A DNA stretch of 61,027 nucleotides, counting the filler. It is 8 parts of 8 records of this genome, joined end to end, with 100 filler letters (N's around TTAATTAATTAA, not from the genome) between each part and the next. Parts side by side here need not be neighbours in the genome. Positions count along the whole stretch, not along the records: positions 1 to 17,952 come from SRR31147125_76363; 7 more parts are not named here. One strand, written 5' to 3'. This document shows positions 1 to 8,814 of the stretch, in pieces; the first letter of the stretch is position 1, and the number at the start of each line of letters is the position of its first letter. A program made the position numbers and the translations under genes. The notes below the pieces were generated by a model. It ran no database searches. It had not been told where the DNA came from and worked only from the letters and a program-made list of their open reading frames with translations.

Positions 1-195
1 AAAACAGAGCACAGAATCTTTATTAAGGATCTAAATCCTGGATTGTTTTCCAGGTGGAGAAAGAATGTATTAACTTACAAAATGAAACCCAATCCAGTTT
101 TACTGAGCCATTGAGTTTTTGGGAGCATGTTTCGGCATGACATAATAAATGGTTCTAATAGTGAACTGATTAGGGTCTTAACAATGGAGGTAGCA

Positions 196-3100
196 ATGAC
201 AAGTTCGAATCGGTACCTTAAACTGGTCTGTTTGGTAACTGCATTATTGCTGGCTATGTTTGCTCCGGATATGGGTGTCTGGGCAGGCACGACTGGCAAA
301 ATTTCCGGTGTAGTTGTTGATGCCAGTTCAGGTGAAGCGTTACCTGGCGCTAATGTTGTTATTGTTGGAAGTACTATGGGTGCTTCAACGAATATGGAGG
401 GGCAGTTCTTTATCTTAAATGTACCCCCTGGTGAATATTCTGTAAGATCCACAATGATGGGTTTTGCAACTACTGTACAACAAAAAGTACGCGTCACAGT
501 TGACAGAACTACAAAAGTGGATTTTAGCCTTTCATCCGCAGTTCTCGATATGGGACAGGAAGTTGTGGTCACAGCTTCACGTCCGCTTGTGGAAGCAGAT
601 GTTTCATCCACACAATCTATCACAACACCAGAGGCCGCGGAAAACATGCCCGTCAGTGATATTATGGATGCCGTTAGTCTGCAACCTGGTGTAAAAGTTA
701 CAAGCAATGAAATGAAGCTTGAGGTTCGCGGTGGTGAAAATGATGAAATCAGTTTTCAGGTAGATGGCATGGAGCGTAATGATAAGCTCAATGACAAGAT
801 TTACATGGTAACAAACTCCGCTTCTGTTGCTGAAATTCAGGTCCTCACAGGTGGTTTCAATGCCGAGTATGGTAATATTCGTTCCGGTCTTTTTAATGTT
901 ATCACCAAAGAAGGTGGTAAAAAGATTTCCGGTTCTGTAGATTACCGCATGGGTCCTGCCCATCAGAAACATTTTGGTCCGGATGCCTATGGTCAGGATC
1001 AATATGATTATCAGCTTTATGCCGGCTCAAACTCTTTTGATCCTGTCATGGATGTTGAGGGTAATCAAATGTTTGTTGGGTGGAACCAGATAGCTGAAAC
1101 TCAGAATGGTGCCTCTTTTATGGGAAAATCAGACTGGACACCTCAGGAATTACAGGAAGTCTGGAAATATCGTCATAGACCCATAGAGTACCATGAAAAT
1201 CCGGATCATTTTCTGGATGCTGGTATTGGTGGCCCATTGGCATTTTTAGATGCTATCGGACTGAAAGATGCCGGTTTTTTTGCAGGATACAAGTTTTCTC
1301 GTGAATACCCCATTCTGCCTTCTATAAGCGAATATTTTCAGAATGATGTAAAAGAATTAAAATTCAACTTTAAACCAACTCAGGCCATCAAAGTTGTATT
1401 GAGCGGTATGTACGGAAAGACCGCAACCAGCGCAGAGGGAGACCAATGGGAAGACACGGAATTTCGAATGGATTATGGTAATGACGTTGCCAAATCCGCA
1501 GTCGAAAGAGATAAATACTATTTAGCTGCAAACAATCTTTTGGATGTATGGAATAAACAGTTTGGCGCTAAAATTACCCATACTCTGAGTCCTTCAACAT
1601 ATTATGAAGTGAAATACAACCTTTTTTCAACAAACTCTGAAACAGGTAAATCTGCTGCCCGAAATACTGCAAATCAGAAACAGATCGGCGGCGTTTGGTT
1701 CGATGAAGCACCTATCGGATGGGTAGATGAAACGACTACATTTGCCGATTTTGCCGGTGTATATGACTTTTATGGCGGTGCCCTGGTTGAAGATACCTCC
1801 AAAGTCGTTAGTCAAAAGATCAATTTAGATCTGACCAGCCAGGTCAATAATAGTAACCTGGTCAAGGTCGGTTTTGAATTCGGCTCAGACCATCTCAAAC
1901 GTGATTACAAGAGACATAGTACAATCAACCTGGCTGGCGGCGATTTTTATAGTTTTGATCGTACTCCTGTTCATTACTCCGGATATATTCAGGACAAGAT
2001 TGAATATGGCGGCATGATTGCGAATCTTGGTTTACGTATCGATCATTATGATGCCAATGGATATATCTATGATCCTGACAATACTTATTCCATGCTTTAT
2101 TCTGTTGGTGGTACTGTCGGTTATGATAAGCCGGATGATATGCCCAAAGAAGCGAGCAAATCATATACGTATATCAGCCCAAGGATCGGTTTCTCTCATC
2201 CTGTGCGTAAAAACACGAAATTCTTTTTTAACTATGGTACTTTTTATTCTGAGCCAAGCAATGCACTCAGGTTTGGTTTGAAATCATCGAATTTCCCATT
2301 TGCTAACGCACAAGGTCATGTTGGCCGCATAGGAAATCCGAATCTGGAAGCACCAAGAACGTCCATGTACGAAATTGGTTTCGAGCAAAGCATTGCAAAT
2401 GTGTGGACCGTTCGTTCCAATTTTTACGCCAAAGATAATAGTGAGCTTGTTGGTCGCATAAGTGCAGAGGGCTTGTCTCGTGGATATACCGGCGGTCATT
2501 TTTTCAATTACATCGGCGGTGGCTCCGGAGCTTCCAGTTATAATACCAGAGTCAATAATCAATATTCTGATATTCGTGGAATCGAAATCAAAATTAACAA
2601 ACTCCGCGGTCGATATTTTACCGGTTGGATTAATATGGATTACCTGATTAAAGTGTCCGGCCAATATGGCGAACAAAAACTAAGTCAGGATCCCTTTATT
2701 GCTTACTATGCCTACAGCGCTGTCAAACAACAGCCACAAACGCAACCTTCTTTTATTGCCAATCTGGATTTCCATACTCCAAGCGATTGGGGAACGTTAA
2801 AAGGGGACTGGCGCCTCAGTGTTATCCAGAAATGGGAAGCAGGTTCAAAGTATATTTATAATCCAACAGGACTTCCAACACGTGAAGTCAGATCTATCTA
2901 TTATTGGGTTAATAATTACGTAACCAACCTGAGAATAAATAAAACATTTAGTGTCCTGGGTTCCAGAAGCCTCAGATTGTATATGGATATCAACAATCTC
3001 TTCAATTACCGAGATCTGAACCTGAATATTCTCGAAACAGCTGAAAAAGATCTCTATCTGACTCAGGTTATTGATGATGAAAACGGACTGGATAAGAAAA

Positions 3101-3255
3101 TTGGTGAATATAAAGATGATCAGGGAAACAATGTATTCACTGAAAACTGGATTGATGCAAATGGTTCGGAGAGAGCTCCTATTGCTCCTGCCAAGGATTT
3201 CGCCTTGTTTTACAATCCACGATCCGTTTTGTTTGGAATCAAATTTGTATTTTGA
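196..3255 (+). CDS. TonB-dependent receptor with N-terminal carboxypeptidase-regulatory-like domain (copy A)
   Basis: Signal peptide followed by GTTGKISGVVVD..GEALPGANV; plug motifs (VRGG..EISFQVDG; QVLTGGFNAEYGN); barrel motifs (YISPRIGFSHP, GNPNL); C-terminal aromatic OMP signature FGIKFVF. Start moved from 127 to ATG 196 (GGAGGtagcaATG), identical to the paralog start at 8815. Confidence 0.9.
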   Translation: MTSSNRYLKLVCLVTALLLAMFAPDMGVWAGTTGKISGVVVDASSGEALPGANVVIVGSTMGASTNMEGQFFILNVPPGEYSVRSTMMGFATTVQQKVRVTVDRTTKVDFSLSSAVLDMGQEVVVTASRPLVEADVSSTQSITTPEAAENMPVSDIMDAVSLQPGVKVTSNEMKLEVRGGENDEISFQVDGMERNDKLNDKIYMVTNSASVAEIQVLTGGFNAEYGNIRSGLFNVITKEGGKKISGSVDYRMGPAHQKHFGPDAYGQDQYDYQLYAGSNSFDPVMDVEGNQMFVGWNQIAETQNGASFMGKSDWTPQELQEVWKYRHRPIEYHENPDHFLDAGIGGPLAFLDAIGLKDAGFFAGYKFSREYPILPSISEYFQNDVKELKFNFKPTQAIKVVLSGMYGKTATSAEGDQWEDTEFRMDYGNDVAKSAVERDKYYLAANNLLDVWNKQFGAKITHTLSPSTYYEVKYNLFSTNSETGKSAARNTANQKQIGGVWFDEAPIGWVDETTTFADFAGVYDFYGGALVEDTSKVVSQKINLDLTSQVNNSNLVKVGFEFGSDHLKRDYKRHSTINLAGGDFYSFDRTPVHYSGYIQDKIEYGGMIANLGLRIDHYDANGYIYDPDNTYSMLYSVGGTVGYDKPDDMPKEASKSYTYISPRIGFSHPVRKNTKFFFNYGTFYSEPSNALRFGLKSSNFPFANAQGHVGRIGNPNLEAPRTSMYEIGFEQSIANVWTVRSNFYAKDNSELVGRISAEGLSRGYTGGHFFNYIGGGSGASSYNTRVNNQYSDIRGIEIKINKLRGRYFTGWINMDYLIKVSGQYGEQKLSQDPFIAYYAYSAVKQQPQTQPSFIANLDFHTPSDWGTLKGDWRLSVIQKWEAGSKYIYNPTGLPTREVRSIYYWVNNYVTNLRINKTFSVLGSRSLRLYMDINNLFNYRDLNLNILETAEKDLYLTQVIDDENGLDKKIGEYKDDQGNNVFTENWIDANGSERAPIAPAKDFALFYNPRSVLFGIKFVF

Positions 3256-3320
3256 TGTTCGTGATCCAATGATCTTAAATAGGTTAGTTGGTATACCAGA
3301 ATAAAAAGAGGAATTTGAAT

Positions 3321-5405
3321 ATGAAGCGAATTATAACAATTTTGAGCTTCTGCTTGCTGTTGCTGACTCTTCTCAGTAGTATCTCCTTTGCGAATACAGC
3401 CGAGGCGTATATGAGAATCGGTCGGTTATGGATGATTGCGGAATACGATGGTGCAGAAGGCTGGTCCGGTCAGTGCGCCTGGCCGGGTGGGCATGTTAGA
3501 TTTCCAAACGGGAATGCCCGCGAAATATGGGGAGCCAATATCAGAAAAATGGGTACCCTTGCTGGTGTTAAAGACTGGACAGGTCCTAATGGTGAATTTT
3601 ATCCTTACTGGACGTCCGGTATGTATCGTACCTATGATTATGACTATCTGGATTACTGGAAAGCACAAACCCATCAAACATCTGTTTATTGTGTTGATCA
3701 GATCTCTATACAGAGATGGGCTTCACCCAATGTTTATGTAAACGGAAATAATATCATTCCGGATGGTGGTGACAACTTTTTAGACGCTCACAATAATACA
3801 GAAATCGATCCTGATCTGGTTACAGAACGGGCGATCAAGTCTATCTGGAGATATAGTATGGGTGTTGAGTACACTCGTATGATGTACGCTTATAGTAACC
3901 GCAAACACCAGGATTATGTTTTGTGGGATATCAATTTAAAAAATAATGGTGCTGTTTACGCACGGTTGATAAATCCACCCGTGAGTTGGCCGTATCCGGA
4001 ATGGCCCACTATCCTGGAAGGTCAGAATCTCACAGGATTCTGGTGGAGTCAGACCGAAAATCCATGGAATTCCAGTCTCGGAAGATCCAAATCTTTTGGA
4101 GCGGATGATGCTGTTGGTGAATTCATCGCGCCTTTTGCTGATCAAGGTAATGATCGTCGCTTTTACCTGTTTTATGATGGTGATCATCAAAACGATGGCA
4201 CCAGTGACTGGGGTGATCCCAGTATCGATGAGAGATGGGTTGAGTTATTGTCACCAGCGTGGATTATTTGTGGTGCCTTGCATGCAGATAAAGGTGCTAA
4301 TGACACATCTGATGATCCTGCCCAGCCGAATAGTACTGTAATCCGCCATGAACGGGATTACGATTTGGGCAAAAAGGTCAAGACCATGGAAGATCAGTAT
4401 AACGCGATGTTTCAGGCAGGCGTACATTGGCCATTGGATACATCCCATCGTGATATTGATCCGAACATTACAAGACCGAGTGGTTACAACTGTTTTGGTC
4501 CTTATGATATGGCTTATAATGAGGATGTTAATATTACCTTTGTCTGGGCTGCCGGTGGTATCAGTGAAGCCCTGTGCCGCGAATATGGTAAAAAAGCCTG
4601 GGATGCTGGTTATGCCGGTCCTGTTATGGATGAAATTGAAACTTTACATAAAACCGGTCGTGATTCTGTTTTAAAAACTCTGGATTTAGCCGAGTGGAAT
4701 GTCAATGGAGAAAAAGGTGGTCATGCAAAATTTGATGTACCTGATGCTCCTCGTCCACCTGCCAATTTATGGGTGGCTGCTCAAGGTCCAAAGATTAAAA
4801 TCGAATGGTCAGATGAATCCAGAACTACTGCGGATTTTGACACTGATGTTAATGATTTTGCCGGTTACAGACTTTACAAAGCAATTGGGGCCAGAGATAG
4901 TGTTTATCATATGATCTATGATGGCACAGCCAATGAATACCTGGATGAAAATACAAGTCCTGGTCTGCAGTATTTCTATTACCTGGTTGCTTATGATGAT
5001 GGAACACAAAACTGGGAAGACCCAGGTGTTTCTCTGGAAAGTGGAAAATATTATTGCTGGACAGGATGGGCACCTGAAGGAGTAACTCCTACAGTCGCAC
5101 CTATTACCTCCGATGCTGCCATGGATGATATCCGCGTTGTACCAAATCCATATAGCGCGGCTGGTAAGACATTTCCTGGTGAGATGGACAAAATATTGTT
5201 TACAGGCTTGCCCGGAACATGTACTATTAAAATTTTCACCTCAAATGGTGATTATGTTCATACTATTGAACATACCGACGGTAGTGGAACGGAAGACTGG
5301 GATCTACGGACGGAATACAATCAATATCTTGTCAGTGATGTTTATGTTTACACAGTAGAAAGTGATTTGGGTGATACCGTTGGTAAATTTATCATCATTA
5401 GGTAA
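3321..5405 (+). CDS. Secreted protein with FN3-like domain and T9SS/FlgD-Ig-type C-terminal sorting domain (copy A)
   Basis: Sec signal ending SFA-NT; FN3-like segment (APRPP..IEWSD..FAGYRLYK..YYLVAYD); C-terminus IRVVPNPY..ILFTGLP..IKIFT..WDLR..GKFIIIR. Start at 3321 after AGAGGA. Confidence 0.8.
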   Translation: MKRIITILSFCLLLLTLLSSISFANTAEAYMRIGRLWMIAEYDGAEGWSGQCAWPGGHVRFPNGNAREIWGANIRKMGTLAGVKDWTGPNGEFYPYWTSGMYRTYDYDYLDYWKAQTHQTSVYCVDQISIQRWASPNVYVNGNNIIPDGGDNFLDAHNNTEIDPDLVTERAIKSIWRYSMGVEYTRMMYAYSNRKHQDYVLWDINLKNNGAVYARLINPPVSWPYPEWPTILEGQNLTGFWWSQTENPWNSSLGRSKSFGADDAVGEFIAPFADQGNDRRFYLFYDGDHQNDGTSDWGDPSIDERWVELLSPAWIICGALHADKGANDTSDDPAQPNSTVIRHERDYDLGKKVKTMEDQYNAMFQAGVHWPLDTSHRDIDPNITRPSGYNCFGPYDMAYNEDVNITFVWAAGGISEALCREYGKKAWDAGYAGPVMDEIETLHKTGRDSVLKTLDLAEWNVNGEKGGHAKFDVPDAPRPPANLWVAAQGPKIKIEWSDESRTTADFDTDVNDFAGYRLYKAIGARDSVYHMIYDGTANEYLDENTSPGLQYFYYLVAYDDGTQNWEDPGVSLESGKYYCWTGWAPEGVTPTVAPITSDAAMDDIRVVPNPYSAAGKTFPGEMDKILFTGLPGTCTIKIFTSNGDYVHTIEHTDGSGTEDWDLRTEYNQYLVSDVYVYTVESDLGDTVGKFIIIR

Positions 5406-5473
5406 GTATGTAGATTAAAGCGTTATTTTACGCTTTTTGTTTTCCTTAAAATGACAAAATGGAGACAATACTC

Positions 5474-6490
5474 ATGAAAAAAATGTGTTCCTTGTTTTTA
5501 ATATTAATGGTCTTTTTAGTCTCGCTGCCAGCATCTGCAGAGATGAAGAAGCTGGGCCAGGCTGGAATGACGTTTTTAGGTATCGGAGGTAGTGCCAGGG
5601 CTGCTGGTATGGCCGATGTCTTTGGCTTTGCCAAGAACGACCTTGGCTCGGTATTTTATAATCCGGCTGGTCTGGCTACCGTTGAAAATCGTGCGTTTTA
5701 TTTTAATTACACCGACTGGATTGCTGATATGAGTGTTTCAAATATCGCTGTCTCATTCGATGCAAATCAATTTGGTGTTTTTGCTTTAAACGCTACTGTT
5801 ATGGATTATGGTGACATCGATGGAACCAGTATATCTGAATCCGATCCAAGAGGATATTCAGATATTGATGTTGGCGATGTTGGTGGACTGGCTGTTGGTC
5901 TTGCTTATGGTATCCAGATGACTGACAAATTTGCTATTGGTGGTGGTGTAAAATATGTCCGGCAACAGCTGGGACAGAATGACACCTATATTGGTGGTGT
6001 TCTCGAAGAAACCGGAAAAGAGAATAGTGTAGGTACTGTAGCTTATGATTTTGGTACCATGTACGATACTGGTATCAAAAGCATTCGCCTGACCATGGCT
6101 ATCAGAAACTATGCCGCGCAGCAACTTTATGAAAATGAAGAGTTTCAGTTGCCGCAAACATATAAAATCGGTGTATCAGCCAATATGTTCGAGTTCCTGC
6201 CCTGGGGCTCAGCTGATGAAAACTCACTGGTTTTAGCTGTTGAAGGTGTTGATCCTCATGATCGTCCGGAATATGTAAATGCTGGTTTGGAATACTCACT
6301 TGCCAATCTCATCGATCTGAGAGCAGGTTATGCATTCCAGAGAGCAGATGACGAAACCGGTGGATTTAGCGCTGGTGCTGGCTTAAAACTGGATAATATT
6401 GGTTTTAATGGCCGTTTGGATGTTGCCTATGGTTCAATGGGAAGCGTTCTGTCAAACGTCATGCGCGTTTCCTTTACCGGATCCTTCTAA
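5474..6490 (+). CDS. PorV/PorQ-family (UPF0164-like) outer-membrane beta-barrel (copy A)
   Basis: Signal peptide; FLGIGGSARAAGM and VFYNPAGLA motifs typical of FadL/PorV-fold barrels; ends in Phe. Confidence 0.85.
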   Translation: MKKMCSLFLILMVFLVSLPASAEMKKLGQAGMTFLGIGGSARAAGMADVFGFAKNDLGSVFYNPAGLATVENRAFYFNYTDWIADMSVSNIAVSFDANQFGVFALNATVMDYGDIDGTSISESDPRGYSDIDVGDVGGLAVGLAYGIQMTDKFAIGGGVKYVRQQLGQNDTYIGGVLEETGKENSVGTVAYDFGTMYDTGIKSIRLTMAIRNYAAQQLYENEEFQLPQTYKIGVSANMFEFLPWGSADENSLVLAVEGVDPHDRPEYVNAGLEYSLANLIDLRAGYAFQRADDETGGFSAGAGLKLDNIGFNGRLDVAYGSMGSVLSNVMRVSFTGSF

Positions 6491-6540
6491 TTTGAACGAA
6501 ATACAAGTGTGTTAATATCTTAAGATATCAACAACTTTTA

Positions 6541-6585
6541 ATAAAAAACGTCTTGTGTGCGATTGCATGCAAGACGTTTTTTTAT
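6541..6585 (+). terminator. Rho-independent terminator after the PorV-like gene (copy A)
   Basis: AAAAAACGTCTTGTGTGC-gatt-GCATGCAAGACGTTTTTTT hairpin with U tract; near-identical copy at 15157. Confidence 0.85.
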
Positions 6586-6771
6586 GCCCCATCGCGCCAG
6601 CATTTTTTTTGAGATCTTCGTAATTGAATTTTCTACACATTCAGACTGAATGTGAAAGATCTTTACCTATTTTGATAAACGGTACGAGTTATATCTAAAA
6701 CGTGAAGCACATTTTTAATAAAAAAAGCAGCTAATAGCAAATGTTTGACCGAATATTTTATATAAAAAAAC

Positions 6772-6800
6772 TTGACATTATTAAAACTGTTATCTATCTT
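6772..6800 (+). promoter_or_regulatory. Sigma70-type promoter for the GWxTD gene
   Basis: TTGACA (6772-6777), 17-nt spacer, TATCTT (6795-6800). Confidence 0.65.
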
Positions 6801-6801
6801 T

Positions 6802-6815
6802 AGCAAACGATTGCA
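6802..6815. promoter_or_regulatory. LacI-family-like operator overlapping the predicted transcription start
   Basis: aGCAAACGATTGCa, an imperfect palindrome with central CG, immediately 3' of the -10 box. Confidence 0.55.
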
Positions 6816-6940
6816 TTATGAATATTAATATTTTAAATTCGTTACCAAAATTACTACCTAACATAGATATTGAACGGATTAATTTCTACCAATAACAGGG
6901 ATGTGAGATTTATTCTTGAATTTAACTATGGACCTGGTAT

Positions 6941-8314
6941 ATGGAACGGAAAAAGTGTGAAATAGTACTGTTTCTCACATTAATCTATTTTATTCATGGG
7001 TATTTATTTACAGCCAATTCTGCCCCACAAACCTTTCCAATGGAGAGTACTCTATCTCCGCGATTTTGGCTGGATTTGGGTGTTTTTCATCGAGAGGATA
7101 ATAAGGCTCAGGTTGAAGTTTATTATTCTGTCATTTTGAAAGAGCTTGCTTTTAATAAAGCACCTGAGGGGAATTTAGCGTCTTTTACCTTCACTGTAAG
7201 CATCAAAGATAGTGCAGATCAGATTGTTTATGAAGATCTGAGACAACGAAAAACACGTGCTTCGTCTCAGACTGAAATAGATGATGAATCGAAGGGAATT
7301 ATTGATCAATTTGTATTTGATCTGATCCCGGGTCTTTATAAACTTGAATGCCAATTGATGGATAATTTATCACAGGCAGCAAGTCAACTTGAAGGCACTT
7401 TTCGCGTACCTACTGTCACTTCACATCTCTCTGTCAGTGATCCTCAATTTGCCACAATTATCACTAAAGATTTATCCAACAAATTGTTTGTTAAAGGAAG
7501 CCGAACAATCTATCCGAAACCTTCCTGTATATATACACACAAAAAATCGTTACTCTATTTCTACTATGAAGTATACAATCTTGTTGTAAATGACGAGAGT
7601 ATACCTTTACAATTTCAGGTTAGTTATGCAATTACAGATCTGAAAGGTGATTCGCTGATAACTGTACCCGATCAGACTGTAAAGAAGCCTGGTACTTCAT
7701 GTATAAAAATGCAAGCCGTTGATATAAGAGGTTTGGAACCAGGCTTATATCGTCTAATCATAGATGTGCATGATCCCACGTCTGACCAAACAGCGTCAAC
7801 AAACAAAACCTTTTGGGTTCAGGAATCAAAACAGGATCAAGAAACCATTCCTATGACAAAAGAGGATATGAAAAAATACAGAGATCAAATTCAGTATTTA
7901 GCCTCAAATGAAGAATTAAAAATATTTGATAGTCTTACGCCTGAGGGAAAATCGTCTTTCCTGGTTAATTTCTGGCGTTCTAAAGATACGGATCCTTCAA
8001 CTCCGGAAAATGAATTTATGCTGGATTATTTCAGCCGCATTGAATATTCCAATAAACATTTTAAAGGAGTTAACGGTGGATTGAACACGGACATGGGCCG
8101 GGTATTCATCGTCTATGGCCAACCTGATGACATCGAAGACCATAATTGGGAAACTGGAATAGCCCCTTTTGTTATTTGGCGCTATTTCGCTCAGGGATGG
8201 AATCACAGTTTTGTATTTATTGACCGGAATCATGAAGGTATTTATACCCTGGTGCATTCAACTGTTGTGGGGGAGGTTAAAAATGAAGAATGGGCCGATT
8301 TAGAGGCACTGTAA
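6941..8314 (+). CDS. GWxTD domain-containing protein (intact copy)
   Basis: N-terminal hydrophobic segment, Ig-like beta-rich region, C-terminal FLVNFWRSKDTDPSTPENEFMLDYFSRIEYSN..F..GLNTDMGRVFIVYGQPDDIE. Confidence 0.85.
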   Translation: MERKKCEIVLFLTLIYFIHGYLFTANSAPQTFPMESTLSPRFWLDLGVFHREDNKAQVEVYYSVILKELAFNKAPEGNLASFTFTVSIKDSADQIVYEDLRQRKTRASSQTEIDDESKGIIDQFVFDLIPGLYKLECQLMDNLSQAASQLEGTFRVPTVTSHLSVSDPQFATIITKDLSNKLFVKGSRTIYPKPSCIYTHKKSLLYFYYEVYNLVVNDESIPLQFQVSYAITDLKGDSLITVPDQTVKKPGTSCIKMQAVDIRGLEPGLYRLIIDVHDPTSDQTASTNKTFWVQESKQDQETIPMTKEDMKKYRDQIQYLASNEELKIFDSLTPEGKSSFLVNFWRSKDTDPSTPENEFMLDYFSRIEYSNKHFKGVNGGLNTDMGRVFIVYGQPDDIEDHNWETGIAPFVIWRYFAQGWNHSFVFIDRNHEGIYTLVHSTVVGEVKNEEWADLEAL

Positions 8315-8507
8315 CTTCATTCAATATTAAATCAAACCAACTATTACCAATCTTTTATCAATAATATCAATATTAAAGAATCACTTTATAGCACTTTAAA
8401 ATTTATTGCAAAAACTAAACCGATACAGATGGCCTGTTTAGAATTTAGTGATATAGTTTAACCTGTTACTTAAAGATTATCTAAAGAATGTGTTGTTATT
8501 TCGAGTG

Positions 8508-8527
8508 TTATGTTAGTGTTAACATAA
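8508..8527. promoter_or_regulatory. Palindromic operator-like site upstream of TBDR copy B
   Basis: TTATGTTA-gtgt-TAACATAA, a perfect 8-4-8 inverted repeat resembling LacI-type TGTTAGCGCTAACA. Confidence 0.5.
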
Positions 8528-8534
8528 TTTATCT

Positions 8535-8606
8535 GAAAGGAGGTGAGCTATAAAAAATTTGCAATAATGTTGGATAACATGTTATAAAAAAAATGAGGAG
8601 GTGATG
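8535..8606 (+). promoter_or_regulatory. Tandem orphan Shine-Dalgarno motifs in the TBDR leader
   Basis: GAAAGGAGGTGA at 8535 and GAGGAGGTGATG at 8595, with no ORF longer than 14 codons following; the pattern recurs at 17752-17828. Confidence 0.55.
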
Positions 8607-8814
8607 ATTAAACACTTTTAAAAGGTCGAAACGTTTATTCGAAATCTCAAACCAAAGCCATGTTTTGAGATGAGGAGGAAAGAATATAATTTGAAGAATG
8701 TTACCCATTTAGTTATTTAGTAAGCTTTAACTCATTTACGAGAACCCATCTATGCTTTTTTCAGGATAGTTTTCTTAATGGTATACTACATGGGTTATAA
8801 AAACGGAGGTAGCA

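Noticed and set aside
75-707. 210-aa minus-strand ORF with an apparent paralog at 8775-9134
   Set aside because: Antisense shadows of the duplicated TBDR N-termini; their similarity follows from the sense-strand genes.
8543-8621. Leader peptides after the orphan SD motifs
   Set aside because: Start codons overlap or abut the SD motifs, and the peptides (5-14 aa) are not conserved in the copy at 17752-17850. Not called as CDS.
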